Below, piece after piece: positions 52,264 to 64,000 of a stretch of DNA of 64,000 nt; positions within the stretch are counted from its first letter, which is position 1; every line of letters begins with the position of its first letter. The notes below the pieces were generated by a model, which did not search any database, was not told where the DNA came from, and saw only the letters and a program-made list of their open reading frames with translations. Where the stretch lies: assembly GCA_964188305.1 (NCBI GenBank), contig OZ076898.1. The stretch is one strand, 5' to 3'. Origin of the DNA: Podarcis bocagei (taxonomy: Eukaryota). The translations under genes and the position numbers were made by a program.

Positions 52264-55200
52264 TGAATCAGCCTCTAGCACTTTTTGAAATTCATAGATG
52301 CCTTGCTAATGATTCAAACAAACTAAAACCTAGGAATCAGCTGGTTTTAATAAAATACCTTACATTTTAGCCCTTTCCAGAGATTTCCTTCCTTGTGCAA
52401 TTAACTTCACTGGCTCCACCCTACTCCAGTGTCCAAGCATTGGGCGATAAAGACAGACATCCCTGTGCAATCAAACCCCCAAGTTGTTACGTTCTTGTTC
52501 TCCGTTCCCTAAAACAGAGAGATTTCTTCCATCTACTCGCTGTTAAAACTGTAAAAGCTCCCTACGCACTCACAAACCTTACTCCCCTGACCATAGTGGC
52601 CATTGTTAACCAAAACACACACACTGGCCATTAATTCCCCTGCAAAATTGCAGACAACACTTTATTAGTAGCACAGGGCTAGAGAACATCTTTCAAAACA
52701 TTAATATTTCATCAAAATATGTATTTTCCACATAAAAAGTGTCTTTTGTTCCAAATAAAACCTAAAAGGCATTTAAATCTATATCCCTTGAGTTCTCCCG
52801 TTTCCCCCAAATTTAATAATAATAAAAAAATCAGTTGCTCCTATGACTTCACTTTTCAGAGAGTGATATATTAGCAGGAAAAAAAATATTTTTTATATAT
52901 ATTTTCCATCAAAACTCTTCATAGTTTTGGCAAAATAACTATTTAAAATAGTGCAATAGTTGTGTTTTTTGGGGGGTTTCCCCCACCCCACCCCGAAAAT
53001 ACTAGTAACATTTGCAGCTGTTGCTTGGACAGGCCTGGCCTCACTAGAGAAAATGGGACAGGCACAATCCACCAGGTATTTGTGTGCAGTTTCCACGGAA
53101 ATGAATAGAAACACTGTGCTCTCCTGTACAAGCCCCACAGGATAACTGCCTAGCAGATCACAGTGCCCTGTGTAAAGGGAAAGAGAAACAGGAAGTTATC
53201 ACAACGTTCTGTGCTAGACTGTTGATCACTGTTTACGTTCCAACCTGAAGCTGGATTGACATACAAAGCTCCTGTAACTTTTTTTTTTGCCAGTCTTCAG
53301 TCTATTACAAGGATTTTAAAGCGTATGTATTCATTTCACATAATCACTGTTACCTTACTTAAACGTGATACCTTGCTTTGTGTCACGTACAATTTAGGAA
53401 AACAGAAAGCTTATTTATTCCGAATCATAGACCATTGGGTTCATCTAGCTCATTAACATCTACACGGATTGGCAGTGGCTTGTCAGGGTTTCAAGAGGGT
53501 GTGTGGGGTTGTCTTCACCTGAAGACGCAAGGAAGTTGGACCTGCAGCCTTTGGCGTGCACAGAATCTGCTCTACTGCTAAGTGACAGCTCTTCTCTATG
53601 TCGCTGACAGCTCCAAGAAATGCGTCAGACCCAGGACATGATTGTCTCTCAGTGTAGAAAATTTACATTGCACCCCATCTCCCACACTGACCAATAGGGA
53701 GAATCATCCATTGGGCAAATTCTCCACAGAACTTCCTAATGGATAAGCCCCATGGGTTGATTGAGAACTGCCAGTCTCCCACACTGATGAAACCCTTAAT
53801 CTGCCACAGGAGGTAGGTTCCATACCTCTCCTCTCTGGAAGGGCTACTGAGCAGAAGGTTCAACAAAAGTCCAGGTTTTCAGAACGGTAGCAAAAGGAGT
53901 CTTCTATCTCCCCCTACCCATCCAATGTTTCCCCTTCCCCTATGGACATTAGGGTATTCCCCCCCCCAGCCCCATATCCACACACTACAATACAAAAGAT
54001 TTCAAAATGGTTTCTGGAATTTGGAATCTGATCAGGGTCAGTCCATAACTTGGTGGCAGAGCACATGCATAACTTGTACCAAGTTGAAGATTCAATTCCT
54101 AGCCTTTAATGGGAGAATCTTCTGCTGGAGACCCTGAGAGCTGCTGCCAATCAGAGCTGCCGATACTGTGCTAGATTGACGAACAGGCTGAGCTGGTGTA
54201 AGGCAGCTCTTAACGCTAGCTGATCCTGCCACCTGAAAATGGTGGAAACACATACACACACATACCTGCACTTTTCAGATTTTAATATAAGCAGTCTTTA
54301 AAATTCTTTAGCAGAGTCCTCACAGCAAGTTTAGGCTGTATCCCCGGGAGCTCGAATAAGATTTGGCTTTTCCATTTGCCTGCTGTTGATGGGAGATGTA
54401 TTCTAACCATTTGAGCACCATTCAAGAGCTGTGTCACCCCAAAGGGAAGTCTGGATTTTAAAAAGTGAACAGGACAACCTCTCACTGTACACTTGCTTTG
54501 TCGATGCCAGGAAAAATATGGTAGCTGTTAGATCGGAGACTGAATCCTTCCTCCTAACAAATTACCTGTTCTGCAGATACATATGTGAGAAAGCTATAAC
54601 TTCGGTGTTGAAGTTAGTCTGAGCTTTACCGCTTAGTAAAAAAAATAACGTTTGGAGGGAGCTGTTCTTCCCAGTTGTTCAGCGAAATGAGAGGGTGGGA
54701 GGCTGGGGGATCAGAAGAAAAGAGGAAGCGATTGGGCAGGCTTTGTCCATGCATCTAGAAATCTCCACTCAAGGCTTCCCTTTTTCCCCTCGGAACTCAG
54801 CAATGAAATCCAGGGGCCTTCTTCCCATGCCACCCCTAATCCTAACAGGGGAAACACTGTTTCTGATTCTAATTCCTGCACTTTCGCTTGCAACTTATTT
54901 AAGAACACCACCACCATCACCACCCCTCAGCGATCTGCTGAACTTGTGATACCTGGGAGCAGAATGTCGGGCACATCAAAAGCCAAAAGGTACTAGATGA
55001 TGCAGGAGCCAAGAGGTAAGCGACTATCTTGCGACAAGGCAAAAAGAATGGCGTTGGGGTGAGGCGACAGAGCGACTCCAGAGGGTTCTATCAACCCAGG
55101 GGGGCCTGGTAAGAGTGGGCTACTACAAAGGGGTCCGAATAGAAGCAGCGCTCCCACTGAGTCAGGGTCTCTTGCACAGAATGCTGCTGCCCACACGCGT

Positions 55201-55742
55201 ATGCACCCGGGAAACACAGGTCAGAGGCAGGCAGGCAGGCAGGTGCACGCACACACCCGTTTATCCTGGGTGCAGCCGAGAAAAGAAATGTCAGACACAT
55301 AAAAAGATTACAAAAGACAAATACTTCAAATAAGGCCTACTATCCTCCACAGCTCAGCCCAAAGGCTCCTGGGCAAAGGACGTGGCAGTGTGTGGAATCC
55401 TGGGAGGAGGGGAGGGAATGATCCCCAACGCAAATCATATGGCAGCTTGGCAGAAGGAGGCAGTGCGCCAAAGCAGAAGGCCCGAGAAAAGCCGAGCAGA
55501 TGGGAAAGCCAAGCGATACACTCCACTGCCTTTTGCACGTGCGAAAGGGGAGAGACAAGGTCCACTGCCTCTCAGGCACAGCCCCCACACCCCAGTCAGT
55601 GCAGGGCAGGCTTGCCCTCACTACGGGGTGAGGAAATGCACCCCCCTCCAAACACACACACACACAGCAGCTGTACTCCCTAACGGCAGCACCCCCCATT
55701 TTTCACAGTCTCTACACGGTCTCTCCAGGGGAGGCGGCATGG

Positions 55743-55869
55743 TCATGACTGGGCGTGCGAAATCCACTGGCTGTCCATGGGGCGCCTCAGCAGCTCTTCC
55801 ACATGCCGCGCCACGTCCATCGAGTCATCTAGGTCATAGTCCGCTTCTGGGTCCAGCACGGAGTCGGGG
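55743..55869 (-). CDS. STAT5B: STAT5 last coding exon (127 nt to stop)
   Basis: cag|(N)[41 protein letters not shown]; the STAT5B-type C-terminus. Confidence 0.93.
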
Positions 55870-56574
55870 CTGAGAGGGAGAGAAAGGAGCAGTATAGGTC
55901 AGGTGGGCTGCAGGTGTAGGGGTGCATGTAGGTGTGGAGACGGGTTGGGAGAGTAGCTTCTCCGCTTCTGAAAATGCAGTGAACTATCTGTGAAGGAGCT
56001 GTGGTTTTCAAGCCAACTTTTCAACACCCTCAGAAAATTACAGTCCTCTGGCTTGTTTGGGGGAAGCCAGAAGAGTTAACTTGTGTTTAAACAGAAGATT
56101 ATGCAGAACTTACATCAATGGCAGCTGCCCTGTAAATAAGCCAACAAAAATTACCAGCCTGCAATTTTTTTATTTTACTGGTTTGGTAAGAGGCTAGTAA
56201 CCCATGTTTCTATGCTGGCCAAGGAGACGGAGAATCCTCTTCTTTCGTGGCTAGCAATTAGCCTTTTAGCAGCCTGGGGATTTTTTGTTTTGTTTATTAA
56301 AATGCCCTCTACTGGTGAAGGAGGGACAGGCTTTCCTTCCTCTGTTGTCAGTATAGAAACAGAGTGGCCTGGAAGAGGAAGAACAGAGAAACCTGCCGGC
56401 CCACTCACTCTCCTGTATGGAATTTCTGGTTGCCCATAGTTACCAAGCAAGTTATTAAATACAACGCTGAATAATAACAGGTTTGCTGAAGAGCAGGGTG
56501 AAGGGCCATGAAGCAGAACCCACTTGCAATGGAGAGCCCCCTCCTGAATATCCCACCCACCCAGCCTTACTTAC

Positions 56575-56682
56575 TTTGTTGGATAAGTGTTGTACAGGGA
56601 CTGATGGCAGACAGCTGGGGAGGAAGCTTGATCCATGTAGGTAGGTCCTCCAGCTGTAGAGTCTCCAGATGTAGTGGCAAAC
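56575..56682 (-). CDS. STAT5B: STAT5 exon (108 nt, transactivation region)
   Basis: cag|G FATTSGDSTAGGPTYMDQASSPAVCHQSLYNTYPT AA|gtaagt; same size as recalled human exon 18. Confidence 0.9.
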
Positions 56683-57719
56683 CTGCAACAGATGGGGTCC
56701 GCATTGGTAATAATCTCATATGCCCAAGGGACCTTTTGCCCATTGCATTGGGCACCTAAATCCACCAAAGGGGCACTTGATACAGTGGTACCTCTGGTTA
56801 CGTACTTAATTTATTCCAGAGGTCCGTTCTTAACCTGAAACTGTTCTTAACCTGAAGCACCACTTTAGCTAATGGGGCCTCCTGCTGCTGCCGCCGCGCA
56901 ATTTCAGTTCTCATCCGGAAGCAAAGTTCTTAACCCGGTGTATTATTTCTGGGTTAGTGGAGTCTGTAACCTGAAGTGTATGTAACCTGAAGTGTATGTA
57001 ACCCGAGGTACCACTGTATAGACAAATGAGGATCACCTGTGTCTTAGCATATGTCTTCCCAGCCTCTATCCTGCTTTGTTAGCAATCCTTCGCCCTTCCC
57101 TCAGCAGCAACGGCATATCTGTCCCAATTAGCTTATACTCTCCTGCCTTCTACCCACTGCCATTCATTCATTCATTCATTCATTCATTCATTCATTCATT
57201 CCAGGAGTTCCGTTTCCTGTTCCCTGGATGCCTTCCATGCCCTGTGTTTTAAGGACCATCCCCCAATGACTGTCAGTATCTGAAGAAGTCAAAATCCCTC
57301 CCTCACATCACAACTGGAAGCTGGTCAAACAGGGAGCAGACGTAGCTGCCAAGAAAATAAACTAAAAAGGAAAGGCCCATCGCATTGGGAGGGGGCTTGT
57401 GGAGAGAGAGACAACCCTGACTGTGAAAGCCACGAGTCCTCAACCATGTCCATTTCCTACCCACTCTTTCCCTTGGGGATAGTGCTGGCAAGATACAGAC
57501 CCAGACACATTTAGCTTACTTCAGGTTTCTAAAAACACAGATCCAAATGAAGAAGCCATCAACCCATGTTTGGAGACAGGGCAGTGGCCAGAACTCTTGG
57601 TTGAGGGCTAATGAGGAGAGATGGCAGCCAAAGGAGAGAATACATTTGCTTCCCACCCCAAATATTTATATTTCCTTCCGTTTTTTAAAAAAGAGCCTTT
57701 AAAGAGCCATGGTACTCAC

Positions 57720-57771
57720 TCTGGCACAACTTGCTTGATCAGCGGCTTCACATACCCATCCCCTGTCTTTG
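57720..57771 (-). CDS. STAT5B: STAT5 phosphotyrosine-tail exon (52 nt)
   Basis: cag|CA KTGDGYVKPLIKQVVP GA|gtgagt; contains the Y694/Y699-equivalent GYVKP. Confidence 0.9.
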
Positions 57772-58986
57772 CTGCAAAAGGAAAAAAAGAGGGGGAGGCA
57801 CTGAGTTATTACATAGGGCATGCAAGCATCTTGTCCAATCAGCTCTATGCAAATAGATGAACAAATTGAAACCATTTGGTGTTCCTTGTTCCTCTTGTTC
57901 CTCTTGTTTTGCTTTGTTTGTTTTATTGTCTTCCTATCCTGCCTATTTCTCCAAAGAGACTAAACGTGGCTAACAAACAGTAAATGTGCTCTCAAAGAAA
58001 TGTGTTGATATACAACTCATTTAACAAATCCCAGCAGCGTAAATAGAATGCAGAACTGCGACAACAAAAAATAAAACTATTGTACAGTTTTGCATCAACT
58101 GCTTGAAGCTGAATAGTGATGGCACCTGATTGACTTCAGCTGGAAAAGCATTCCAAAGGGTAGGTGCCACAAAGGAAAATGTACCCCCTACCCCTAAGCT
58201 GCCACCCATCTTGTATCCCAAAGTCAAGGAAAATGCAGTTTGCAGGGAGGAATATACTGAAAAGGCTATCATACACTTGGTCATGCATACCAGGGGAAAC
58301 CCCTTTGGCCCATGGAGAAGGCTAGATTAAACCTCACCTATATCCCTTCCTAGAATGCTTTATCCTGTTTTTGAGCTTTTCTAATTTCTGGCAACTTGGC
58401 TATTCTGTCTGCAAGAACAGCTGCCAAACATGTGTTGTTTTTTTGTTGTGTTTTTTAAGACACCTTGTTCTCTCCTGGAGCCCCATTCATCACAAAGACA
58501 TTTTCCCAATAAATCATTTTCACCTGCAATTCCATATTCTCAGCCTCTACACAATCCAAGTCTAGCGCCACCCACTTTCCTCTCCCTTTCCTTTTGCTTC
58601 TTCTCAGAGCCATTTCTGACCTATGCTATGTACCTGGCTAAACATTACGGTCATTTCTATATATCCCCCTAAAGTAGCCTCTCTCAACCTCGGGTTCCCA
58701 GATGTTGTTAGACTACAACTCCCATCATCCCTAGCTAACAGGGATTCCGGCAGTATCTGGGGACCCAAGGTTGAGAAAGGCTGCCCTAAAGAAAAAAATG
58801 TTGCACACAGATCACACAAATTCCAGAGCGGGGGGAAACGAGAGACTTGCAGCTGAATTTAACCATTGCTTAGGCTCCCTTGCCAGAGGCATGCAGAAGA
58901 AGTCTGTCTGTGGTTAGATGTGAGAGTGGGAATAGACCATGCCTGAAGAGATCAGGTCAGTTTTCTCTTGGTGCTGCAAAACCTAC

Positions 58987-59142
58987 AAAGGACTGGCATG
59001 TAGTATTTGGAGAAGACCTCTTCCTTGGGACGGTCAGGATACACATAGAGGAGGTATGGGAGGTCCCCAAGACGGTCTGCCAGGGTGCGGATGGAGAAGT
59101 CACGAGTGGTGAAGGGCATCAGGTTCCAGAACATTCTATCAG
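58987..59142 (-). CDS. STAT5B: STAT5 SH2 C-terminal exon (156 nt)
   Basis: cag|[54 protein letters not shown]|gtaggt; the donor is inferred from phase compatibility with the next exon. Confidence 0.88.
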
Positions 59143-60321
59143 CTGTAAGACACAAGAGCATCATAACTCAGCAGCGGAAACAAAACAAGCAGCTCTGCTG
59201 ACCAACCAGAAATAAATACAAATAAAAGCAAAACACCTACTCAGAATTGCAGGGAGAGGAAGCCTGCCAGAGGGCTTTTTGTATGGCAGCTCCTTTGTGG
59301 AGTTCCCTTCTCACAGAGGTGCATCTGTATAGCTTTCACCATATGCTGAAGAGGCACCTTTTCACCCTGGCCTGTGGCACTTTAGGTAAGTTTATTCTGT
59401 GGGACCTCCTCTTTTGCTGACTCTATACTGCTTCACACTATCTGTAACCATTTCACTTGTCTTATCATTGTAATGGTTTCATATTTTTTTTTAATGATTT
59501 TTTTTTTGATGATGGTTCAGAAGCTACAAGTGGTGTATAACACAGCAGCTAAGCTTCTAGTCGGGCTCATATTACACCAGTCTTGAAAGAACCTACAATG
59601 GTTACCAGCTGCCTACCAAGCCCAATTTAAAGTGTTGGTATTGACGTACAAAACCCAAAATGACTTGGGCCACAAATACCTGAAGAAGAACCACCTCCTC
59701 CTATATCAATCTGTTGAGATGCTAACATTGACAAGGGAGACTCTGTAAGCAGTAACACCACTTTGTGTGGTTTGGGCATGTGAGAGGGCCTTTTCTGTGG
59801 TGTCCCCCAAGTTATGGAATGCCCCCCTGGTGCATCTTGCATTACTGTTGTACAGTTTTTGATCTGAGGTCAAGCTGCATCACTTTACTCAGGCTTTTAA
59901 GTGAGTGGATTCCTCCCCACCCTGTCCTGCTGAATTGCTGCACTCTTGTTTTGCAGTGCTTGTGATTTCGTTTAGTTTTGTGGTTTTAACACGTGGTTAT
60001 AATGAATTGTATCTTGTTTTAAATTGTGGTATTTTACGTAACCTGCCCTGGCTCAAATCGATGAACGGCAGAATAAAAATATAAATAGCAAAGAAAGTAA
60101 ATAAGATTTCACACATAACATAGTCACATCTAACCCAGCTAATAGGAACATACAGGACAGGAAGTGAAACTAGATGCAATTATAAGCCAGCAATTCTGAC
60201 GGAGAAGGGCCAAGTTAATGCGCAACATGACAAATGGAATGCAATAAACTACAGCTATAAACTTAAAGCTATATTAGCCAATGTTACCTAGAACCCCAGA
60301 GACAATAATAGTGTGCTGTTA

Positions 60322-60582
<261 letters not shown>

Positions 60583-60662
60583 TCAGACTACAAAAAGGTA
60601 AGATGTGGCTATTGCAGCCTGTAAAAGCCAGTAAAGGCAGCAAAAGGATGGGGGAATCTCAC

Positions 60663-60757
60663 CCATCATTCCAGTGAGGTTTCAAGTGTTTCTTCAGGAC
60701 TTCCATCACTCCATCAAACCATTGCCAGAATGTGTAATTTCGTCCTGGGAGGTTCTC
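60663..60757 (-). CDS. STAT5B: STAT5 linker/SH2 exon (95 nt)
   Basis: [31 protein letters not shown]; AG/GT bounded. Confidence 0.93.
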
Positions 60758-62433
60758 CTGGTTAAAGAGAAAGAAAGATCAACATTCCTGCCTGTTTCTC
60801 AGTCACCCTGGGGTCTTGTAAAACAGCTGGAAGCTTTTTAGGTTTCCTTGGATCCTAAACTAATGGTTTACATAAAGTAAAGTAAATCCTTATCCAAATA
60901 AGGCTTGCCACTATCACAAGTTATGGGGAGAACTAGCCATCAGTTGAGAGACACTTTTGTCTTTGGTATGTGCCTTGATGATGACCAGCTGTCACTATAG
61001 CACTTCTTGTCAAAAGACAATGCAATCTCAACTCATTTTTTCACCCAAAAGGTTCTCATGAGCTCCTTTCACTGATTAGGGACAGAGAAAGAATGACTTG
61101 CCCTGTGTTACCAAGGGAACCCAAGGCTGAGCAGGATTCATTTGGACCAAACTTGTTTTTTTTGGTGTGTTTTTTTAAAAAAAAATATTTATTTTATTAA
61201 TTGCCTTCTAAACTACCATCTCAAGTCAAGTCAGTTTACACACAGAACAAGAGAGGAAACATCCTGGTGTGGCCCAGAGAATGTCCTAAAGACTTCTGAC
61301 CAGGATCCAGGATCAGAAGTCCCCAAAAACCTTTGGTACGCTTTATGTGTGTGCACAGAAAACCCTACCTACATATATGCCTAGAGTGAATTGTGGAACC
61401 TGTATAAAGATACCACAATGTGTATTTGTTAATAAGCTGGTTCAAAGTAAAGCAGTTAGATGGATTGAAGTTTCTTTAATAAACCGACGGCCTAGTTTTA
61501 TACAATCCTTTCCCAAACTGGTGCCTTCTTGGATGTTTTAGACGACCACTCCCATCATTCCCAGACTGAGGAAAGTTGCTTGACACAAATGCCAGTACAG
61601 TGGTACCACTACTTACGAATGCAATCTGTTTCGGGGTGCTGTTTAAACCCCAAAAATCTGTGAGCACCGCTACTGCGCATGCGCAAAGGGTGCACATAGC
61701 TTCTGCACATGCGGCGTACCTGGAAGTAAACACTTCTGGGTTTGCTGCGTTCGTAACCTGAAAAGCCACAACGTGAAGCAAACGTAACATGAGGTATGAC
61801 TGTAAATGAATATTGGCACAGGCCAATATGTCACGTAGGGTTCACGTAGAGAGATGTGTTCTTTCCAATTCTCCCTTACTGATTGGATCGCAAAACTGGC
61901 CGCCCCTAACAAGGCTGGCCCTAAATGGTACTGTTGCCAACCCAAGCTTTCCTTTCTCCTGCACCAGAATGATGTGTTTCAGACAGCAGGGAGGGGAAGA
62001 AGTGAGAAAAAGAGGCATAGATATGGAATGAAATATAAGTCCAGGTGGGGTGGGGTGAGCTGCGGTGATGGGAGAAGGCCTATAGGCCATGGTACCTTGC
62101 GCCCTATCCTCAAAAAGGTTATCCAGCAAGTTTCGTTACTAACCAATTCCCAACTACAGTCATACCTTGGTTGTCGAACGCCTTGGAACCTGTATGTTTT
62201 GGCTCCTGAATGCTACAACCCCGGAAGTGATGGTTCCAGTTTGCGAACGTTCTTTTGGAACCTGAACCTCTGACGGGGCTTCCGCAGCTTCTGATTGGCT
62301 GCAGGAGCTTCCTGCAGCCAATCAGAAGCTGCGATTTGGTTTTTGAACCTTTTAGAAGTCGAACGGACTTCTAGAATGGATTCTGTTCGACTCCCAAGGT
62401 ATGACTGTAGAGCACACACTCACACACCCTTAC

Positions 62434-62856
62434 CCTGTTGAACTGGGCCCAGGAAACAGCCATGCTGTTGTAGTCTTCTAAGAGGTTCATGTTGCTATTA
62501 AACAGTTTCTGGGCCAAGAAGAGCAGGTTTTCCTTGGTGAGACCTCGGCTGCTCTGGACCTCCGATTTGAACTTCATGTTGAGGGCCTCGCACAGCTGCG
62601 ACCACATCACCTTGTCGGGCACGGCGAAGGGCACACGGCCCGGCTCTGCAAAAGCGTTGTCCCACAGCACCGTGGCCGTGGCGTTGTTGTCCTGGCTGCC
62701 GTGCACAATCACCACCACAGGCAGGGACAGCGTCTTCACCTGGAAGACCAACTCGTTGCCGCCAACGCTGAACTGGGATTCAAAGAGGATGGTGAACTTC
62801 TCCTCGGTCACTGACTCGGCGCCGCGTCGGTCAGAGCGCTTGATCCGCTTCAAGGA
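62434..62856 (-). CDS. STAT5B: STAT5 DNA-binding/linker exon (423 nt); upstream exons lie beyond the window
   Basis: cag|[21 protein letters not shown]...[37 protein letters not shown]...WAQFNR|gtaagg. Confidence 0.95.
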
Positions 62857-64000
62857 CTGTGGAGAGGTGCCGTGGGAGAGGCAAGCACAGCAGCGGGGGG
62901 AGGCGGAGAAAAACAGAGCACAGCCTGTCAAGGCCCTAGAAGTGATAGCCATCGCTTGCAGATAGTGGTAGGAGAAAGCTATGCCATATATTAAGGCATA
63001 TTTGTGGAGGGAAATACACACAGCGTATTTTGGTCTACCTGGAGAGCTTCAGATGCAGATTTTGGCATTTTTAACAAAGCTCGTCACACTAGAAGTGGGA
63101 ATTGGATGGGGCCACTTTATAACACTGGCAAAAGGCCTGAAAACCAGAGAGCAGGGACAGGGAGGACAGGTACAAGGGAGTCCCCCCATTCAAGGCTCCA
63201 TCTTGGCCCTGGCTTTTGGCTCCATATATGGCTCATTTTTCCTCTCTCAGAATCAGGAGGATTAATAACAGACCCTTGGTAGGAAAAATAAAAGCGGGCT
63301 GGGTGGGAATCAGTGCAGGCATCTTTGTCTTACCATGTTACGGAAATGAGCGCTCAGAGTACCAGTCGCCTGGTGATATTCCATCACACAGCAGTTGTTC
63401 AAGATATCGCCGCTGCTCTCACTGCCAAAATAAACCAACGGTAGTTAGCAGAATATAAGCCAGTGCACCACAGGCAGTTTAATATCTTCCCATCTACATT
63501 TCTGCACGAGGACGACCCTGCTGACATAGCTTTTCATTGCTTCAACAAAAATCTTGATCTATTTATTTTTTAACATTAGGTTAAATTTTACAAACGAATG
63601 CATGCAAACGTACACATGTATTCTGAACGGGCTTAAATGGAATTGTCACTTTTTGCCTTGTGACCTTTCATTGCCAGCCTTGGGGGAAGGCTGCTGCCAT
63701 GCCACAAAAAAGTTTGCCAGCATGTCAGATTCCAAGAAGAAAGCCTTTTGCAACACAATGGTAGAGGATGTGAAAAGTCTGCTTGATTGAAAGAAAAACA
63801 ACACATAAGAGCCCAAGAGCCATGATAGCAGCAAGGGAGCAGGCAGGAAAGGAAGCTTCTAAAGTTCTATGGACTGAGGGGTAGGATGAATTTCACACAC
63901 TGGCCAAGATTTACATCTCTTAGTTCCTGAACACCTTGCACAGGTGTGAGACACCTTTTTTTCAGCCCAGGGGCAATATTTCCTTCTGGGCAACGTTCTG

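Overview
Vertebrate genomic DNA from a squamate, probably a lacertid lizard judging by its Sauria-type SINEs, with one 370-bp assembly gap. Three protein-coding genes lie in tandem on the minus strand. (1) The 3' half of a STAT5 (STAT5B-like) gene: 7 exons at 62856-55743 plus a ~3-3.5 kb 3' UTR. (2) A complete 6-exon, 1100-aa inactive phospholipase C-like (PRIP/PLCL-family) gene at 42515-7059 with a CpG-island promoter. It resembles PLCL2 but sits between STAT5 and HCRT, so it is probably a third PLCL ohnolog with no mammalian counterpart. (3) Probable exon 1 and TATA promoter of prepro-orexin (HCRT) at 2967-2947, which the ORF track misses. The most notable observations are: a further-degenerated PLC catalytic core in the PLCL paralog; a 423-nt STAT5 exon equal to three fused mammalian exons (apparent precise loss of two introns); a divergent STAT5 phosphotyrosine tail; a uORF in the orexin leader; and palindromic Penelope-type insertions carrying minimal hammerhead-ribozyme motifs on both strands. 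The rest is SINEs, L2/CR1 fragments, hAT and Tc1/mariner MITEs, and microsatellites. All orthology and mammalian comparisons come from recalled sequences, not database searches.
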